Assembly: GCA_963713855.1 (NCBI GenBank)
Contig: OY970209.1
Location: forward strand, 512,001-576,000
From: an uncultured bacterium
GTDB lineage: Bacteria > Babelota > Babeliae > Babelales > Babelaceae
Direction: 5' to 3'
Length of the DNA stretch: 64,000 nucleotides
Shown: positions 9,939-20,190 of the stretch, one piece after another
Numbering within the stretch: the first letter of the stretch is position 1
Layout of the letters: each line of letters opens with the position of its first letter
Notes under the pieces: model-generated
Told to the model about the DNA's origin: nothing
Database searches by the model: none
What the model saw: only the letters and a program-made list of their open reading frames with translations
Translations under genes and position numbers: made by a program

Positions 9939-10394
9939 ATGATAAAAGACAAAAAAATATTTGATGGTTGTGAGATAGTTGCTATTTATAAGCCTGATTA
10001 TGCTTCAAAAGTGTTAATACCGCTTATAGAGGGCAGTGTTCCTGCCGGGTTTCCTGCATCGACAGAAAATTTTATTGATAAGTCATTAGATCTTAACGAC
10101 TTACTTATTAAGCATCCTGCGGCAACTTTTTTTGTTCGTGTTAAAGGGGATTCGATGATTAAAGCGGGAATACAGTCCCAGGATATTCTCATCGTGGATC
10201 GTGCGCTTTCTGTATCAAACAATAAAATCGTTATTGCTCGTATTAATGACGAGCTTACTGTCAAACGAATCAAGATTGACGCTCATAAGCTGTATCTTAT
10301 GCCTGATAGTGATGAGTATAAGCCTATAGAAATTACGGAGTCGATGGACTTTGAAGTCTGGGGAGTGGTTACTTTTGTTATTCATCAAGTGTGA
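9939..10394 (+). CDS. umuD: UmuD-like S24 autopeptidase, Pol V subunit
   Basis: VPAGFP cleavage site, LDLN.LLI.HPAATFFVRV.GDSM (Ser), TVKR (Lys), EVWGVV. Confidence 0.93.
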   Translation: MIKDKKIFDGCEIVAIYKPDYASKVLIPLIEGSVPAGFPASTENFIDKSLDLNDLLIKHPAATFFVRVKGDSMIKAGIQSQDILIVDRALSVSNNKIVIARINDELTVKRIKIDAHKLYLMPDSDEYKPIEITESMDFEVWGVVTFVIHQV

Positions 10395-11674
10395 CGATGA
10401 GCCGTATACTCCTTGTAGATTGTAATAATTTTTATGTATCGTGTGAGCGGGTTTTTAATCCTAAACTTAACAAAAAGCCCGTTGTTGTTCTGGGAAGCAA
10501 TGATGCTTGTATTATTGCGCGCTCGAATGAAGCTAAAGCGTTAAACATACCCATGGGTGCTCCAGCTTTTGAATACGAAGCGATTTTTAAAAAGCACAAC
10601 GTCATTGTCCACTCTGCCAACTTTGCGCTTTATGGTGACATGTCTCAACGTGTAATGCAAACAGTAGCTGAATACGCAACAGATATTGAAATTTATTCAG
10701 TTGACGAGGCTTTCTTACGCGTAGCTTCCTATGCTACAGCTTTTAAAGACTATCACCTTGAGCACGCGCATCACCTAAAAAATCAGGTCAAGCAAAAAAC
10801 GGGTATTCCTGTTTCAATTGGCATAGGTCCTACTAAAACGCTTTCAAAAATCGCTAACAGGTTGGCTAAAAAAAATCCCATCTACAATGGTGCTTTTGAT
10901 ATAACAAACCATAAAGATGTTGATGAGCTTTTGGCATCTGTAGATGTTGCAGATGTATGGGGCATAGGCTCAAGATATGCTGCATTATTGCGCAACAACA
11001 AGATCTTTACGGCCTGTGATCTTAAATATGCTGATGAAAGATGGGTTAGAAAGCATATGACGCTAACGGGCCATAAGACTTTGCTTGAGCTACGAGGAAA
11101 GTCTTGTTTGCCTTTACAAGAGTGCCCCGAGCCTAAGCAATCGATTACAGTATCCCGTTCATTTGGGAAAAAAGTAACCAATTTAAGTGATGCTCAAGAA
11201 GCTTTGGCGCATTATGTTGCTTGCGGCGCTGCAAAATTGCGTGTCCAACAATCATACGCTACTCATGTAACAGTCTTTGCTCTAACAACGCTCTATCACG
11301 AGCCTAAAAATTATTTCCATTCACTATCATGTTCATTGCCGCTTGCTACCCATTATACCCCCGACCTTATAGAAGCAGCCCAAGCTTGTTTGAAAGCAAT
11401 TTTTAAGCGAGGAGTAACCTATAAAAAGGTGGGAGTTATCTTCTCAGGGCTTGTGCCTTCAGATTTTTTACAGATGAGCGCTCTTATTCCTTTAAAAAAC
11501 AGGCAACAGCAAATAAACTGCATGAAAGCTGTCGACAGAGTCAATGATAGATGGGGACGGAATAAGCTTTTTTTTGCGGCAGAGGGCATTAAAAGGCCTT
11601 GGAAGATGTATCAGGCAAATAAATCAGCCTGTTTTACTACCAATTGGCATGAACTACTCACCATTGCCACATAA
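10391..11674 (+). CDS. umuC: UmuC Y-family translesion polymerase
   Basis: DCNNFYVSCERVF, YSVDEAF, SIGIGPTKTLSK.AN, DVWGIG, YKKVGV, C-terminal S..FTT.W.EL. Confidence 0.95.
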   Translation: MTMSRILLVDCNNFYVSCERVFNPKLNKKPVVVLGSNDACIIARSNEAKALNIPMGAPAFEYEAIFKKHNVIVHSANFALYGDMSQRVMQTVAEYATDIEIYSVDEAFLRVASYATAFKDYHLEHAHHLKNQVKQKTGIPVSIGIGPTKTLSKIANRLAKKNPIYNGAFDITNHKDVDELLASVDVADVWGIGSRYAALLRNNKIFTACDLKYADERWVRKHMTLTGHKTLLELRGKSCLPLQECPEPKQSITVSRSFGKKVTNLSDAQEALAHYVACGAAKLRVQQSYATHVTVFALTTLYHEPKNYFHSLSCSLPLATHYTPDLIEAAQACLKAIFKRGVTYKKVGVIFSGLVPSDFLQMSALIPLKNRQQQINCMKAVDRVNDRWGRNKLFFAAEGIKRPWKMYQANKSACFTTNWHELLTIAT

Positions 11675-11676
11675 TC

Positions 11677-11706
11677 TTGCATTGGACGAGCTAACATTAC
11701 TATGAT
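11677..11706 (+). promoter_or_regulatory. Candidate sigma70 promoter for ku
   Basis: TTGCAT-N18-TATGAT between umuC stop and ku start. Confidence 0.45.
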
Positions 11707-11733
11707 AGCACGAACTACAATGCGGGGGTATTA

Positions 11734-12525
11734 ATGAAGACGTCATGGAAAGGATCACTCACTTTTGGCTTGGTTGATATTAATGTAGAACTCTATTCCG
11801 CAATTCAGCCACATTCTCTCGGCTTCAAATTATTACACGCAAAATGTCATACCCCTATAACATATCTGCGTTGGTGTCCCCATTGCAAAGAGGAGGTAGC
11901 TTGGAAAGACATCGAAAAAGGTATCCAACTCAAAGATGGCAGCTATTTTATCATCACACCAGAAAACTTAAAAAAATTAAAACCTCAAAAGACAGAAAAT
12001 ATAGCCATTGTAGAATTTGTTGATTATGACGCAATAGATCTTATCTTGTACGATAAGCATTATTATGTAACACCTTCAAAAGCCCCATATAATGCATTCT
12101 TTCTATTTGCTTCTGCGCTTGAAGATCTTCGTAAAGCTGCAATTGGTCAATTTGTTATGCGAGATAAGCAATATGTCTGCGCTATAAGGCCATACAAAAA
12201 TGCTCTGCTTTTAACGACGCTCAATTACGGTTATGAGGTGAAAAAATTAGCAAAAATGGAAGAGCTTGAAAAACCGAGAATTGACCCAAAAGAGCTTAAG
12301 TTAGCTGAAACAATTATAGGAAAACTCACAAAGAAAAAATTTGATATCAACCAGTTTCAAGATACCTTTGCCACCCAGCTTGTAAAGAAGATATCCGAGC
12401 TTAAAAAAGGCATCAAAATACCGGAAAAGAAGAAAGAGATTGAACAGGTAAAGCCAGTATCTCTTATGAAGGCTCTTGAATCGAGTTTAACTCAGCTTGA
12501 ATCCAGAAAACGGGCAGAAGCTTAA
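11734..12525 (+). CDS. ku: Ku NHEJ DNA end-binding protein
   Basis: WKGSLTFGLV.I.V.LY.A, I.I.EFV, YY..P, F.D.F, LM.ALE.SL. Confidence 0.95.
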   Translation: MKTSWKGSLTFGLVDINVELYSAIQPHSLGFKLLHAKCHTPITYLRWCPHCKEEVAWKDIEKGIQLKDGSYFIITPENLKKLKPQKTENIAIVEFVDYDAIDLILYDKHYYVTPSKAPYNAFFLFASALEDLRKAAIGQFVMRDKQYVCAIRPYKNALLLTTLNYGYEVKKLAKMEELEKPRIDPKELKLAETIIGKLTKKKFDINQFQDTFATQLVKKISELKKGIKIPEKKKEIEQVKPVSLMKALESSLTQLESRKRAEA

Positions 12526-12856
12526 ATGGCTCTTTTTGAGGGCGGCTCTTAAAAATAGACGGCTCTTTTATTGACTTGGATACTAAAAGCGACTTCGCAT
12601 TCGGTAGCTCTGCAGCCAACCGTGCGCCCCCTTGGCTGAAGTTCAAAACAAAATACTTAACGTTTTTTTCTCGGTATCTCTTTCCTTTTACCTGTTAGGC
12701 CAACTCCATCGTCTATTGCCCCAATAACCAGAAAGGTAATTGGTTGGCAGTTCCTGGATTAAATATTGATTTAAAATACGCAAATGATATATACTTGTTT
12801 ATAAACTAAATTACAATCGCTAATTAAAAATGTTTATTAAGAGCAAAGGAAGTATT

Positions 12857-13657
12857 ATGAATCAACGATATGTGTATATCATGCTTTTTGCTGGTTTTTG
12901 GGTATTGAGCAGCTATTCGGCTGAAGAAACAGCCGGTGAGCCGGCAGGCAAAGTAAGCCAAGAGGCGAGAGAAATAGCTCGCGAATTGACGAATTATATG
13001 CGCGAGCTTAATAGAACCTCTCCTGGCGCTATTGACCAGTTAAAGAGCAACAAAGAAGCGTATCGAAAATTCGTATTAGAGCAGATGAAAGAGATTCAAA
13101 AAAAGAGAGAGCACTGCGAAGGAATAATGAGATATAGCGAGAAGCGGGACAAAGATGCGTTGCTTCAAATATATGCGGACAATTGGTATTGGCTTGTAGC
13201 TGATGGCGTTGATTTCGACCCTGAAAACTTCTTAAGTACTGGTAATCGATCGCTAGATGGCAAAAATAGAAAGGACGCTAAAATCTTAGTCTATTGCCGT
13301 GGTGGTAAACCTATCGCATTTGTTGCCTATCATCTTACCAGTTATCCACAAATTGGCGCGATTCGAATCTTAGGCAATAATAAAGACACGGAGGATTACG
13401 AGTATGTTGAAAAACTTTTGCAGTTTGCTTTGGATGATCTGGAAAAAATGGGAGCAAAAATCGTTGATCTTAGTACCCGCCTTGATAATGCACGCGACCT
13501 AGCTGTCTATGAAAAGCTTGGTTTTATCCAAGGCGGCACATACGGTGATGATGATGAAGATGGCGAGCATAAATATGTCGAACTCACGAAACCTTTTCTT
13601 CCATCAAAATCGAGAGTCAAATCTTTAAGTGAGCCTTTTGAAAAAGATATTCTTTAG
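12857..13657 (+). CDS. Signal-peptide GNAT acetyltransferase
   Basis: Hydrophobic leader; C-terminal L.T..DN...LAVYEKLGF GNAT motif B. Confidence 0.75.
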   Translation: MNQRYVYIMLFAGFWVLSSYSAEETAGEPAGKVSQEAREIARELTNYMRELNRTSPGAIDQLKSNKEAYRKFVLEQMKEIQKKREHCEGIMRYSEKRDKDALLQIYADNWYWLVADGVDFDPENFLSTGNRSLDGKNRKDAKILVYCRGGKPIAFVAYHLTSYPQIGAIRILGNNKDTEDYEYVEKLLQFALDDLEKMGAKIVDLSTRLDNARDLAVYEKLGFIQGGTYGDDDEDGEHKYVELTKPFLPSKSRVKSLSEPFEKDIL

Positions 13658-13723
13658 AAAGCACATTGGCAGCGATTTAACACTAATAGGTACTTATCGC
13701 TCGCCAAGATCCCAGGGAATAAT

Positions 13724-13757
13724 AGGCGCAGCTCTTTAAATGAGTGCGCCTTTTTTC
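13724..13757 (+). terminator. Rho-independent terminator
   Basis: AGGCGCA...TGCGCCT followed by a T run. Confidence 0.65.
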
Positions 13758-14129
13758 ATCCCAACCTTATTTGTTTTGTGTGATGTCGAAATGGTGATCT
13801 GGTCGTAAAGAAATCTTGATAGGACCAGAAGGTAAATTTCCACCATCTACTCCGCCAAAATCAGTTATGGTGATATTTTTTACTGGGCACCAACCTTGCA
13901 ATTTTTGACCATGGTCGTTCGATGGTTTTGATTCCACGAGGAATCAACAGATAATGATATTTAATAGAATACACAAAATCAGTGGCTTCATACTTAAAAA
14001 AATAAGGACTATTTCTTATTGTTGTTTTGACTACCTTAATCGAGTAGTAAGCGGTGCAGTTGACAAGACAGATCATTTTTTTTAGGGTGGAAGGTGTTGT
14101 AGGTCAGATAACATTTTTTTGAGGGTGAC

Positions 14130-14594
14130 ATGTTAACAATCATACTTAGCTTTCTCTTGGTATTAGCCGTCTTTAATACGTATCAGCTTAAGGGTGAAAA
14201 TTACGAGCAAAACTCTCTGGATACTATTGAAAACTTTAACAGCTCTGAATGTGCATCTTTAAAAGATAAACTGGATGGAGATAGTGAAGAGAAAAAACTT
14301 ACTCATGCACAAAAGTTAAACTTTATTCAAAATAAAATCAGTCAGCTTTTACAGGGTGTAGGCCATGAATGCGTCAACGATATTTGTACCGTTTACGTCG
14401 ATGTCAAGAACAGAGATTCACTTGAGTGCCTATGTCTTTATAATTACTTATTAAAATTATTAGGACACGATCCAGTGATGCCGCGCTATGCACTTGCAAG
14501 GATGTCATCTTTAATAGCTAACGAAACATATCCATTTTTCACCATGGATCAGGTAATCATGAGCCAGGATTATACGTTGTTTAGCCAAGAGTGA
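14130..14594 (+). CDS. Hypothetical exported protein
   Basis: GAGGG RBS, N-terminal hydrophobic leader, 154 aa. Confidence 0.6.
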   Translation: MLTIILSFLLVLAVFNTYQLKGENYEQNSLDTIENFNSSECASLKDKLDGDSEEKKLTHAQKLNFIQNKISQLLQGVGHECVNDICTVYVDVKNRDSLECLCLYNYLLKLLGHDPVMPRYALARMSSLIANETYPFFTMDQVIMSQDYTLFSQE

Positions 14595-14635
14595 TAGCTG
14601 ATTATAATTCCCGGGTATCTTTTTGAAAATTCGGT

Positions 14636-15340
14636 TCACGGCTGTTTTTTGGTATCATCCATTTGCTTATCATACACGATATCAATAAGATGAGCTGCCG
14701 ATTTCCAGCTTAAGACTTCACCCTTGCTTCTCTTTTGGTTTTCAGCGCCCGCATAAATTACGTAGCTATGAGTGACTGTTGAATGAGCTATTTCCTTAAA
14801 ATGGTCTAATCCGGCAAAATAATCGTTAACGATTGTTCTTCCAGATTTGAGCTCAATAGAAATATTTCGGAACCTTTTTCAAGAATACAATCTATTTCAT
14901 TCCAGTGATTTTGCCGCCAAAAATAGAGATGGGGTAGGAGTGCGGTGTTGTAATATTGCTTTAAAAAATCGCTTATATGCTTTGTGGTAATACATTGCTT
15001 TTTTCAAGTTCAGCAATCGATAAAGGAAGCAGCGTTAAAATGGCTATTCTTCCAGAGAGTGTTTGAGTGATAGCTTGATTTACTAAAAAGTATTCTGATG
15101 CAGTCAGGATGAAATATCCCGGTATATTGTCCTGGTCAACCTGGGTTTGAAGTAAGAAAGAATAGTTGGTGCATTCTGAATTTCATCAAGGATGATGCCA
15201 TGCGGGTTTTTATAAAATTCTAAAAATTCCCTTGGATCTTGTGTGGCTTGAGCGCGCTTATCCAAGGGTTCTAAAGATATGTACAGATAATGTGAAAATT
15301 GTACAAGACTTTTATCGCTTAAAATAGTGACACGCTCCAA
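14636..15340 (-). pseudogene. Decayed AAA_14/DUF4143 family ATPase
   Basis: Fragments in different frames: IILDEIQNAP, ITQTLSGRIAILTLLPLS, LYFWR...EIDCILE, IELKSG; no Walker A and the central region is absent. Confidence 0.8.
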
Positions 15341-15416
15341 AAACGACTCAATAAGTTAGGAATTAAGAGATGCAAAAGACCGCTAACGATCTTTTGCATC
15401 TTCATAACATAGATAC

Positions 15417-17813
15417 CTATTTACATAGAGGAAGGTTGGAGCAGATTCTGCGACGGCATACTTTAATGAACACGTCATTCGATCGGCCTTTTCTGCCATC
15501 TGAACTTGTAACATCTACAAAGAAAGTAGTGCTTCGTTTAGGTCGTACGATCGTTGTAACCGTCCTTTTTGATCTCGTTTTTTTGCGTCCGTTAGAAAAT
15601 TCTACTCGAAAAGGCGGTTTTCCTCCTTCTATCGTAGCGATCAAGCGATCGCCTTCGCCTGAAGAACATTGGCAAGCTTTTAGCTTAACTTTCAAAGCCT
15701 TGGGTTTAGGTTTCATTTGGGTTACGGTGATATGTGCAGTTGTTGTACAGTTATTTCCGTCTGTTACTGTTACAGCAAATGTTTGAGATGGCAGATTATC
15801 ACTTATCGTGACGACAAAGTTGGTTGTGACCGGCGATGTAGTAAATACCCTTGTAGTACCATTAGGAAAATGGACGGTAAATGGAGTCGCGGCCGTTATG
15901 TGTGCCTGTATCGTTGCGGTCTTATTTGTTTGCGCAATGTTAGTCAAGGTCACTATGGGCGATGGAATAGCATCCACGGTCACTGTATTTGAAGCATTAA
16001 CGCAGCCATTGGCATCGGTCAAAACAACTGAATATGTGGAAGTACCTACAGGCGGCTTAATGCCGGCGAATGTTACGGGCGATGTCGCTGCAGTGCGAGT
16101 AGCAATGACGGTTGCTCCTTGAAGAAGTCGTAGGGTGAAGGGACTCACACCGCCGGAAAAGTCTGTTGTAAGACTGATATTTGTGCCCTCGCAAATTGAT
16201 GTGCTTGACGATGTAAGCGTTACATCAGTTCCTGGGTCGACGATTATATGAACCGGGTTTGTCTCTGCGGCACATCCAGTTGCATCAAGGAGCAGCACAG
16301 AAAAAATTTCTCCCGGAGCTGTAACAATAACTCCTGGGCGTGTGAACGGTGAAGTGGTCGCAGTAAACGACATTCCATCACTAAAGAATAACTGAATAGG
16401 GCTTTTAAGAAACCCACTAAAGTTTACGATTAAATTAACGGTTGCGCTCGAAACATTACAAAACTTTGTAGCTGATGCGCTTAGTGTAGCTGCTGCTGTG
16501 GCTAAAGGTATATTGTTGCTGAATGGTGATGTGTTGCCTAAAGCCGATGTAGCTGTTGCACTGATAAAGTGTGCCGATGCGGGCGCCGGAGTAGCTGTCA
16601 AAACTTCGGTTTGGCCCGGGTTTACTCCGGTAGTTGAGCCAAGGAAAAATTGGCCTTCTGTGATTCCCGCACCATTGCGATTTACGTTATTTGCAAAGCC
16701 TTCAATCCTAAAGGTGGTTAATGGTGGATATGTTGGTGCCGTAAATAGAATGTTTGTTGAATTAATGCACTTACTTGCTTGAGTAAGCGTTGGAGGTAGT
16801 TGTCCAGCATTGGCGCCATTACTTAGAATTATACCGCTGGCCCCGTTATTAAAGATCGAGTCTTGAAGAATCGAATTTGTAGCACTTGAGCCATTTACTA
16901 TGGTGACTCCCCCAAGTGCGTTATTTTCGATTACGTTTGCTTGGCCGGTACCAGTTCCACCAATGAGATTTCCAGTGGCAACAGAGTCCAAAGTAAAATT
17001 TATTCCAAAGCCGCCATTGCCAAGAATGTGAGTACCCGTCACATCGGTTCCTATGAAATTTCCCTGAATGGTGTTGTTATGAAAAGCATGCGTCACATGA
17101 ATCCCGTCAGAGGAATTTCCCGAGATCACATTTTGCTCAATCAAATTGTTTGATGCGTTGTTCTCATAAGCGATACCTATGTGATTGTGTAGTGCCACTG
17201 CTCCCGTACTATCGACCCCGATAAGGTTTCCTTGAATGGTATAAGTGCCTAGTTCAGCACTTTGTATTAGAATACCTGCGCCTGAATTTCCCGAGATAAC
17301 GTTCTCGTCTGCGGCAAGTGGCCCGCCAATAAGAACAGATGGAGACTCTAAAATTCTAATTCCAGTCGTGTTTGGAACCGCAACAGTTCCCGTACTATCA
17401 GTGCCAATAAAGCAACCTTGAATGGTGGCCCTACCAGGGATTCCCCCGGGTGCCCCTACTTGGATACCTATCGTCCAGTGGTCAATCACCAGATTTTTGA
17501 TAGCTACGTTAGCACCACCAGCTATGAGAAAGCCTGTGCCTGAGCCAAAGCCATGAACAACCACCGTAGGAGCCCCCACTCCTCCATTTATGGTGATAGA
17601 TTGAGTGAGAGGGGGCAGTGCGCTAGTACAATTGATGATATGTGGTGGAGCACCTGGAATGCTAAAGTCTATAGTGTCACCCGATACTGCAGCCGTTATT
17701 GCAGCTCTAAGAGAACCTGCGCCCGCATTGTTCGTATTAGTCACTGTAATAATGGCACCATGGCATTTCACGCTTGTTAGCAAAAAAAGTAACGCAAAGA
17801 ATTTCTTCATCAT
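15417..17813 (-). CDS. Large secreted parallel beta-helix protein with Ig-like repeats (adhesin-like)
   Basis: Signal peptide, VTNTN..GAGSLRAAI, repeated IQGN.IG.D.TG and N.ISGN...GI, then V...D..GC Ig-like units. Confidence 0.85.
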   Translation of the reverse strand: MMKKFFALLFLLTSVKCHGAIITVTNTNNAGAGSLRAAITAAVSGDTIDFSIPGAPPHIINCTSALPPLTQSITINGGVGAPTVVVHGFGSGTGFLIAGGANVAIKNLVIDHWTIGIQVGAPGGIPGRATIQGCFIGTDSTGTVAVPNTTGIRILESPSVLIGGPLAADENVISGNSGAGILIQSAELGTYTIQGNLIGVDSTGAVALHNHIGIAYENNASNNLIEQNVISGNSSDGIHVTHAFHNNTIQGNFIGTDVTGTHILGNGGFGINFTLDSVATGNLIGGTGTGQANVIENNALGGVTIVNGSSATNSILQDSIFNNGASGIILSNGANAGQLPPTLTQASKCINSTNILFTAPTYPPLTTFRIEGFANNVNRNGAGITEGQFFLGSTTGVNPGQTEVLTATPAPASAHFISATATSALGNTSPFSNNIPLATAAATLSASATKFCNVSSATVNLIVNFSGFLKSPIQLFFSDGMSFTATTSPFTRPGVIVTAPGEIFSVLLLDATGCAAETNPVHIIVDPGTDVTLTSSSTSICEGTNISLTTDFSGGVSPFTLRLLQGATVIATRTAATSPVTFAGIKPPVGTSTYSVVLTDANGCVNASNTVTVDAIPSPIVTLTNIAQTNKTATIQAHITAATPFTVHFPNGTTRVFTTSPVTTNFVVTISDNLPSQTFAVTVTDGNNCTTTAHITVTQMKPKPKALKVKLKACQCSSGEGDRLIATIEGGKPPFRVEFSNGRKKTRSKRTVTTIVRPKRSTTFFVDVTSSDGRKGRSNDVFIKVCRRRICSNLPLCK

Positions 17814-18140
17814 ACTTCACCTTGTTTTAAATATAATACCGCCCCCCTTCCGCAATCGCTAAAAATGACGCTTTATATCCTTTTTTAAAAAAATAATGAG
17901 TTTTTTTGATCTTTCAAAATGTACTAAACCTCTTTTAAGTCCACAATACATCGAGTGCACGAAGCTGGTGGGATGCTTTTTTATACCAACATTGTTTTAA
18001 CGCGTTTTGGGTAATAAAAATGTGGTATAATAAAAAATAGCTTATAAAATGGCTTAATTTAGCATCTTTTTAAGTGCTCTCTTTATGCCGTTTTGAAATA
18101 GAAAAATATCCACAAATCATTTATGCCTCGAGAAAAACAA

Positions 18141-19535
18141 ATGTCTTTCAATATACTTCTTACATGCTTTCTACTTATCGGTTGTTTTTCTCATCAGATT
18201 ATGAGTATGGAGGAGCGACCAGATCCATCAGCGCAAGCTTCATCTTCCGCTGATAAAGCAAAAACAAAGGCGAATAAAAGGCTTAAAAGAGCTGCCGAAA
18301 GTGGTAACAAAGATTTGGCAAAAAAAGCATGTGCCCAAGGCGCTGATATGTGGCTGCGTCATGCAGGCAAGGATATCACCTTTGTGGCTCAAGCGAACTT
18401 GCAAAAAGAATGGTCTAACTGGTTTTCAAATTACCGAGAAGAATCTATACAAAGACAGAGTCGACTTCATGAACGCATACTCAATCAAGACCTCAACGGC
18501 TTAAAAGAGCTTGTTGTGCAGGGTACTGACGTAAATGATTTATCTTATGGATCTGCACTTTCGAATGCGTTTTTACATCGTGCAACAGCGATTATTAGAT
18601 GGCTTATTCCGCGTTCTAATTTGCAGGGCATTTGCTCAAGCAGTTCTTTTCGAGCTCCGCTTGGTATAATGTGCACAGCGATATTGCACTCACAAAATCA
18701 CGAGAATTCTTTTTTGGATACGCTTATACAGTATGGTGCTACTGTGCACCCTACCGATAGATATGAAATCGCACCTCTAGATTTTTTCCTGCTTGAGTTT
18801 AAGCATCAATTTTTATCCAATCTTGAAGGGGTCACCATAGCAAAAGAAGGCAATGGTGGAGAAATGGCAAAAACATTTCGGTGGCTTATTTTTCACGGTG
18901 CACATTTATTTTGTGACCAAAACGTGTCTTTGTTGGCAACCTGCCTTACGACCTTTTTTGACCGCTTTTCACAAGCCATATACCAAGGCGATAACGCAGT
19001 CATTGCATCACGCGTGCAACTTCTTGCAAGCAAAGCTCCGTTCGAACTTTCTAATGAAGAGCTTAAGTCCATTAATACCGCATTAAAAGTAGCCGTTGGT
19101 ACGAGCAACGTTACTATTGTCAAATTATTGCTTGAACTATTTAGCACTAGTTTGGAACAAGGTACGCTTCGTGAAGCGCTAGTCTCGGCGGCTTTTATCG
19201 GCCACCTTGATATTTTTTTTCTACTCTACCAGAACCTTGATGCAAGTAAAAAAAACCAAAAATATATTAATAAGGCACTTCGCATAGCTTTGACTCGCGG
19301 CCATGAAGTTTTAATAAACGAGTTAGCCCGCAGGGCTCGAGACTACCTTGATTTGCCAGCGGCCGCGGGCCATGTGGTTACTCTACTACGCAATCAAAGA
19401 TTATCCAGTCGAGTGAGACTTAGGTACGAATCGTATTATCAATTCTTGATGGGGCTTCAGCCACTACAAGATTTTCGATCCGACCCTTTGTTATCAGGCC
19501 TTTTTTCTAGAACTCCTGCCGTTAATTATCTTTGA
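18141..19535 (+). CDS. Signal-peptide ankyrin-repeat protein
   Basis: L..GTDVN, TALKVAV..SN..IVKLLL, AL..AA..GHLDI, AL..AL..GHE repeats. Confidence 0.75.
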   Translation: MSFNILLTCFLLIGCFSHQIMSMEERPDPSAQASSSADKAKTKANKRLKRAAESGNKDLAKKACAQGADMWLRHAGKDITFVAQANLQKEWSNWFSNYREESIQRQSRLHERILNQDLNGLKELVVQGTDVNDLSYGSALSNAFLHRATAIIRWLIPRSNLQGICSSSSFRAPLGIMCTAILHSQNHENSFLDTLIQYGATVHPTDRYEIAPLDFFLLEFKHQFLSNLEGVTIAKEGNGGEMAKTFRWLIFHGAHLFCDQNVSLLATCLTTFFDRFSQAIYQGDNAVIASRVQLLASKAPFELSNEELKSINTALKVAVGTSNVTIVKLLLELFSTSLEQGTLREALVSAAFIGHLDIFFLLYQNLDASKKNQKYINKALRIALTRGHEVLINELARRARDYLDLPAAAGHVVTLLRNQRLSSRVRLRYESYYQFLMGLQPLQDFRSDPLLSGLFSRTPAVNYL

Positions 19536-19599
19536 CGCTTTTATCACCTTGACTGTTTATGCGTCTAAAATAGAATAGTAGTTGTCATTAGGAACAAGA

Positions 19600-20190
19600 A
19601 TGCATGTACCTTCCAGAAAACCGACTTATCCGATAAGTCCACTTATTCTTAACCGCTGGTCATCTCGTGCTTTTTCAGGTGAGCTTGTAACTCACGAGGA
19701 GCTTATGGCCGTTTTTGAGGCCGCCCGTTGGGCGCCTTCTTCAAGCAACAATCAGCCTTGGCGCTTTATTTACGCATGCAAAGATACTCCTTTTTGGAAG
19801 ACTTTTTTCGACCTTTTAGTTCCGGAAAACCAAAGTTGGGTGCAAAGGGCATCGGTGCTTATTTTAGTAATTTCTAAGCGTCTTTTAGCCTCAGGAAAAT
19901 CTTCTCGCACGCATTCTTTTGATGCAGGTGCGTCTTGGGAAAATCTTGCTCTTCAAGCTACTGCTTTAAACTTGGTAGCACATGCAATGAAGGGTTTTGA
20001 TTATGAAAAAGCTCGTCTATCTTTGGCTGTGCCTTCAACGTATACTATAGAAGCGATGATTGCTCTAGGCCGCAAAGGCTCGGACACTTTATTGACTCCT
20101 CGTGAACGGGAGCGGGAAAAACCGTCCGGGCGTAAAGAGCTTTCAGAAATAATTTTTGAAGGGTCGTTTTTTGAAAAATATGAACGATAA
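19600..20190 (+). CDS. Nitroreductase family protein
   Basis: RWSSRAF, EAARWAPSS.N.QPWRF, FDAG...ENL.LQA. Confidence 0.93.
   Translation: MHVPSRKPTYPISPLILNRWSSRAFSGELVTHEELMAVFEAARWAPSSSNNQPWRFIYACKDTPFWKTFFDLLVPENQSWVQRASVLILVISKRLLASGKSSRTHSFDAGASWENLALQATALNLVAHAMKGFDYEKARLSLAVPSTYTIEAMIALGRKGSDTLLTPREREREKPSGRKELSEIIFEGSFFEKYER

Noticed and set aside
12530..12760. Possible gene remnant downstream of ku
   Set aside because: Short frames with no family I can identify
13760..14076. 71-aa minus-strand ORF or pseudogene remnant
   Set aside because: No RBS or recognisable motif
15370..15786. 138-aa plus-strand ORF and other antisense ORFs in the track
   Set aside because: They lie opposite well-supported genes and have no recognisable motifs; treated as shadow ORFs
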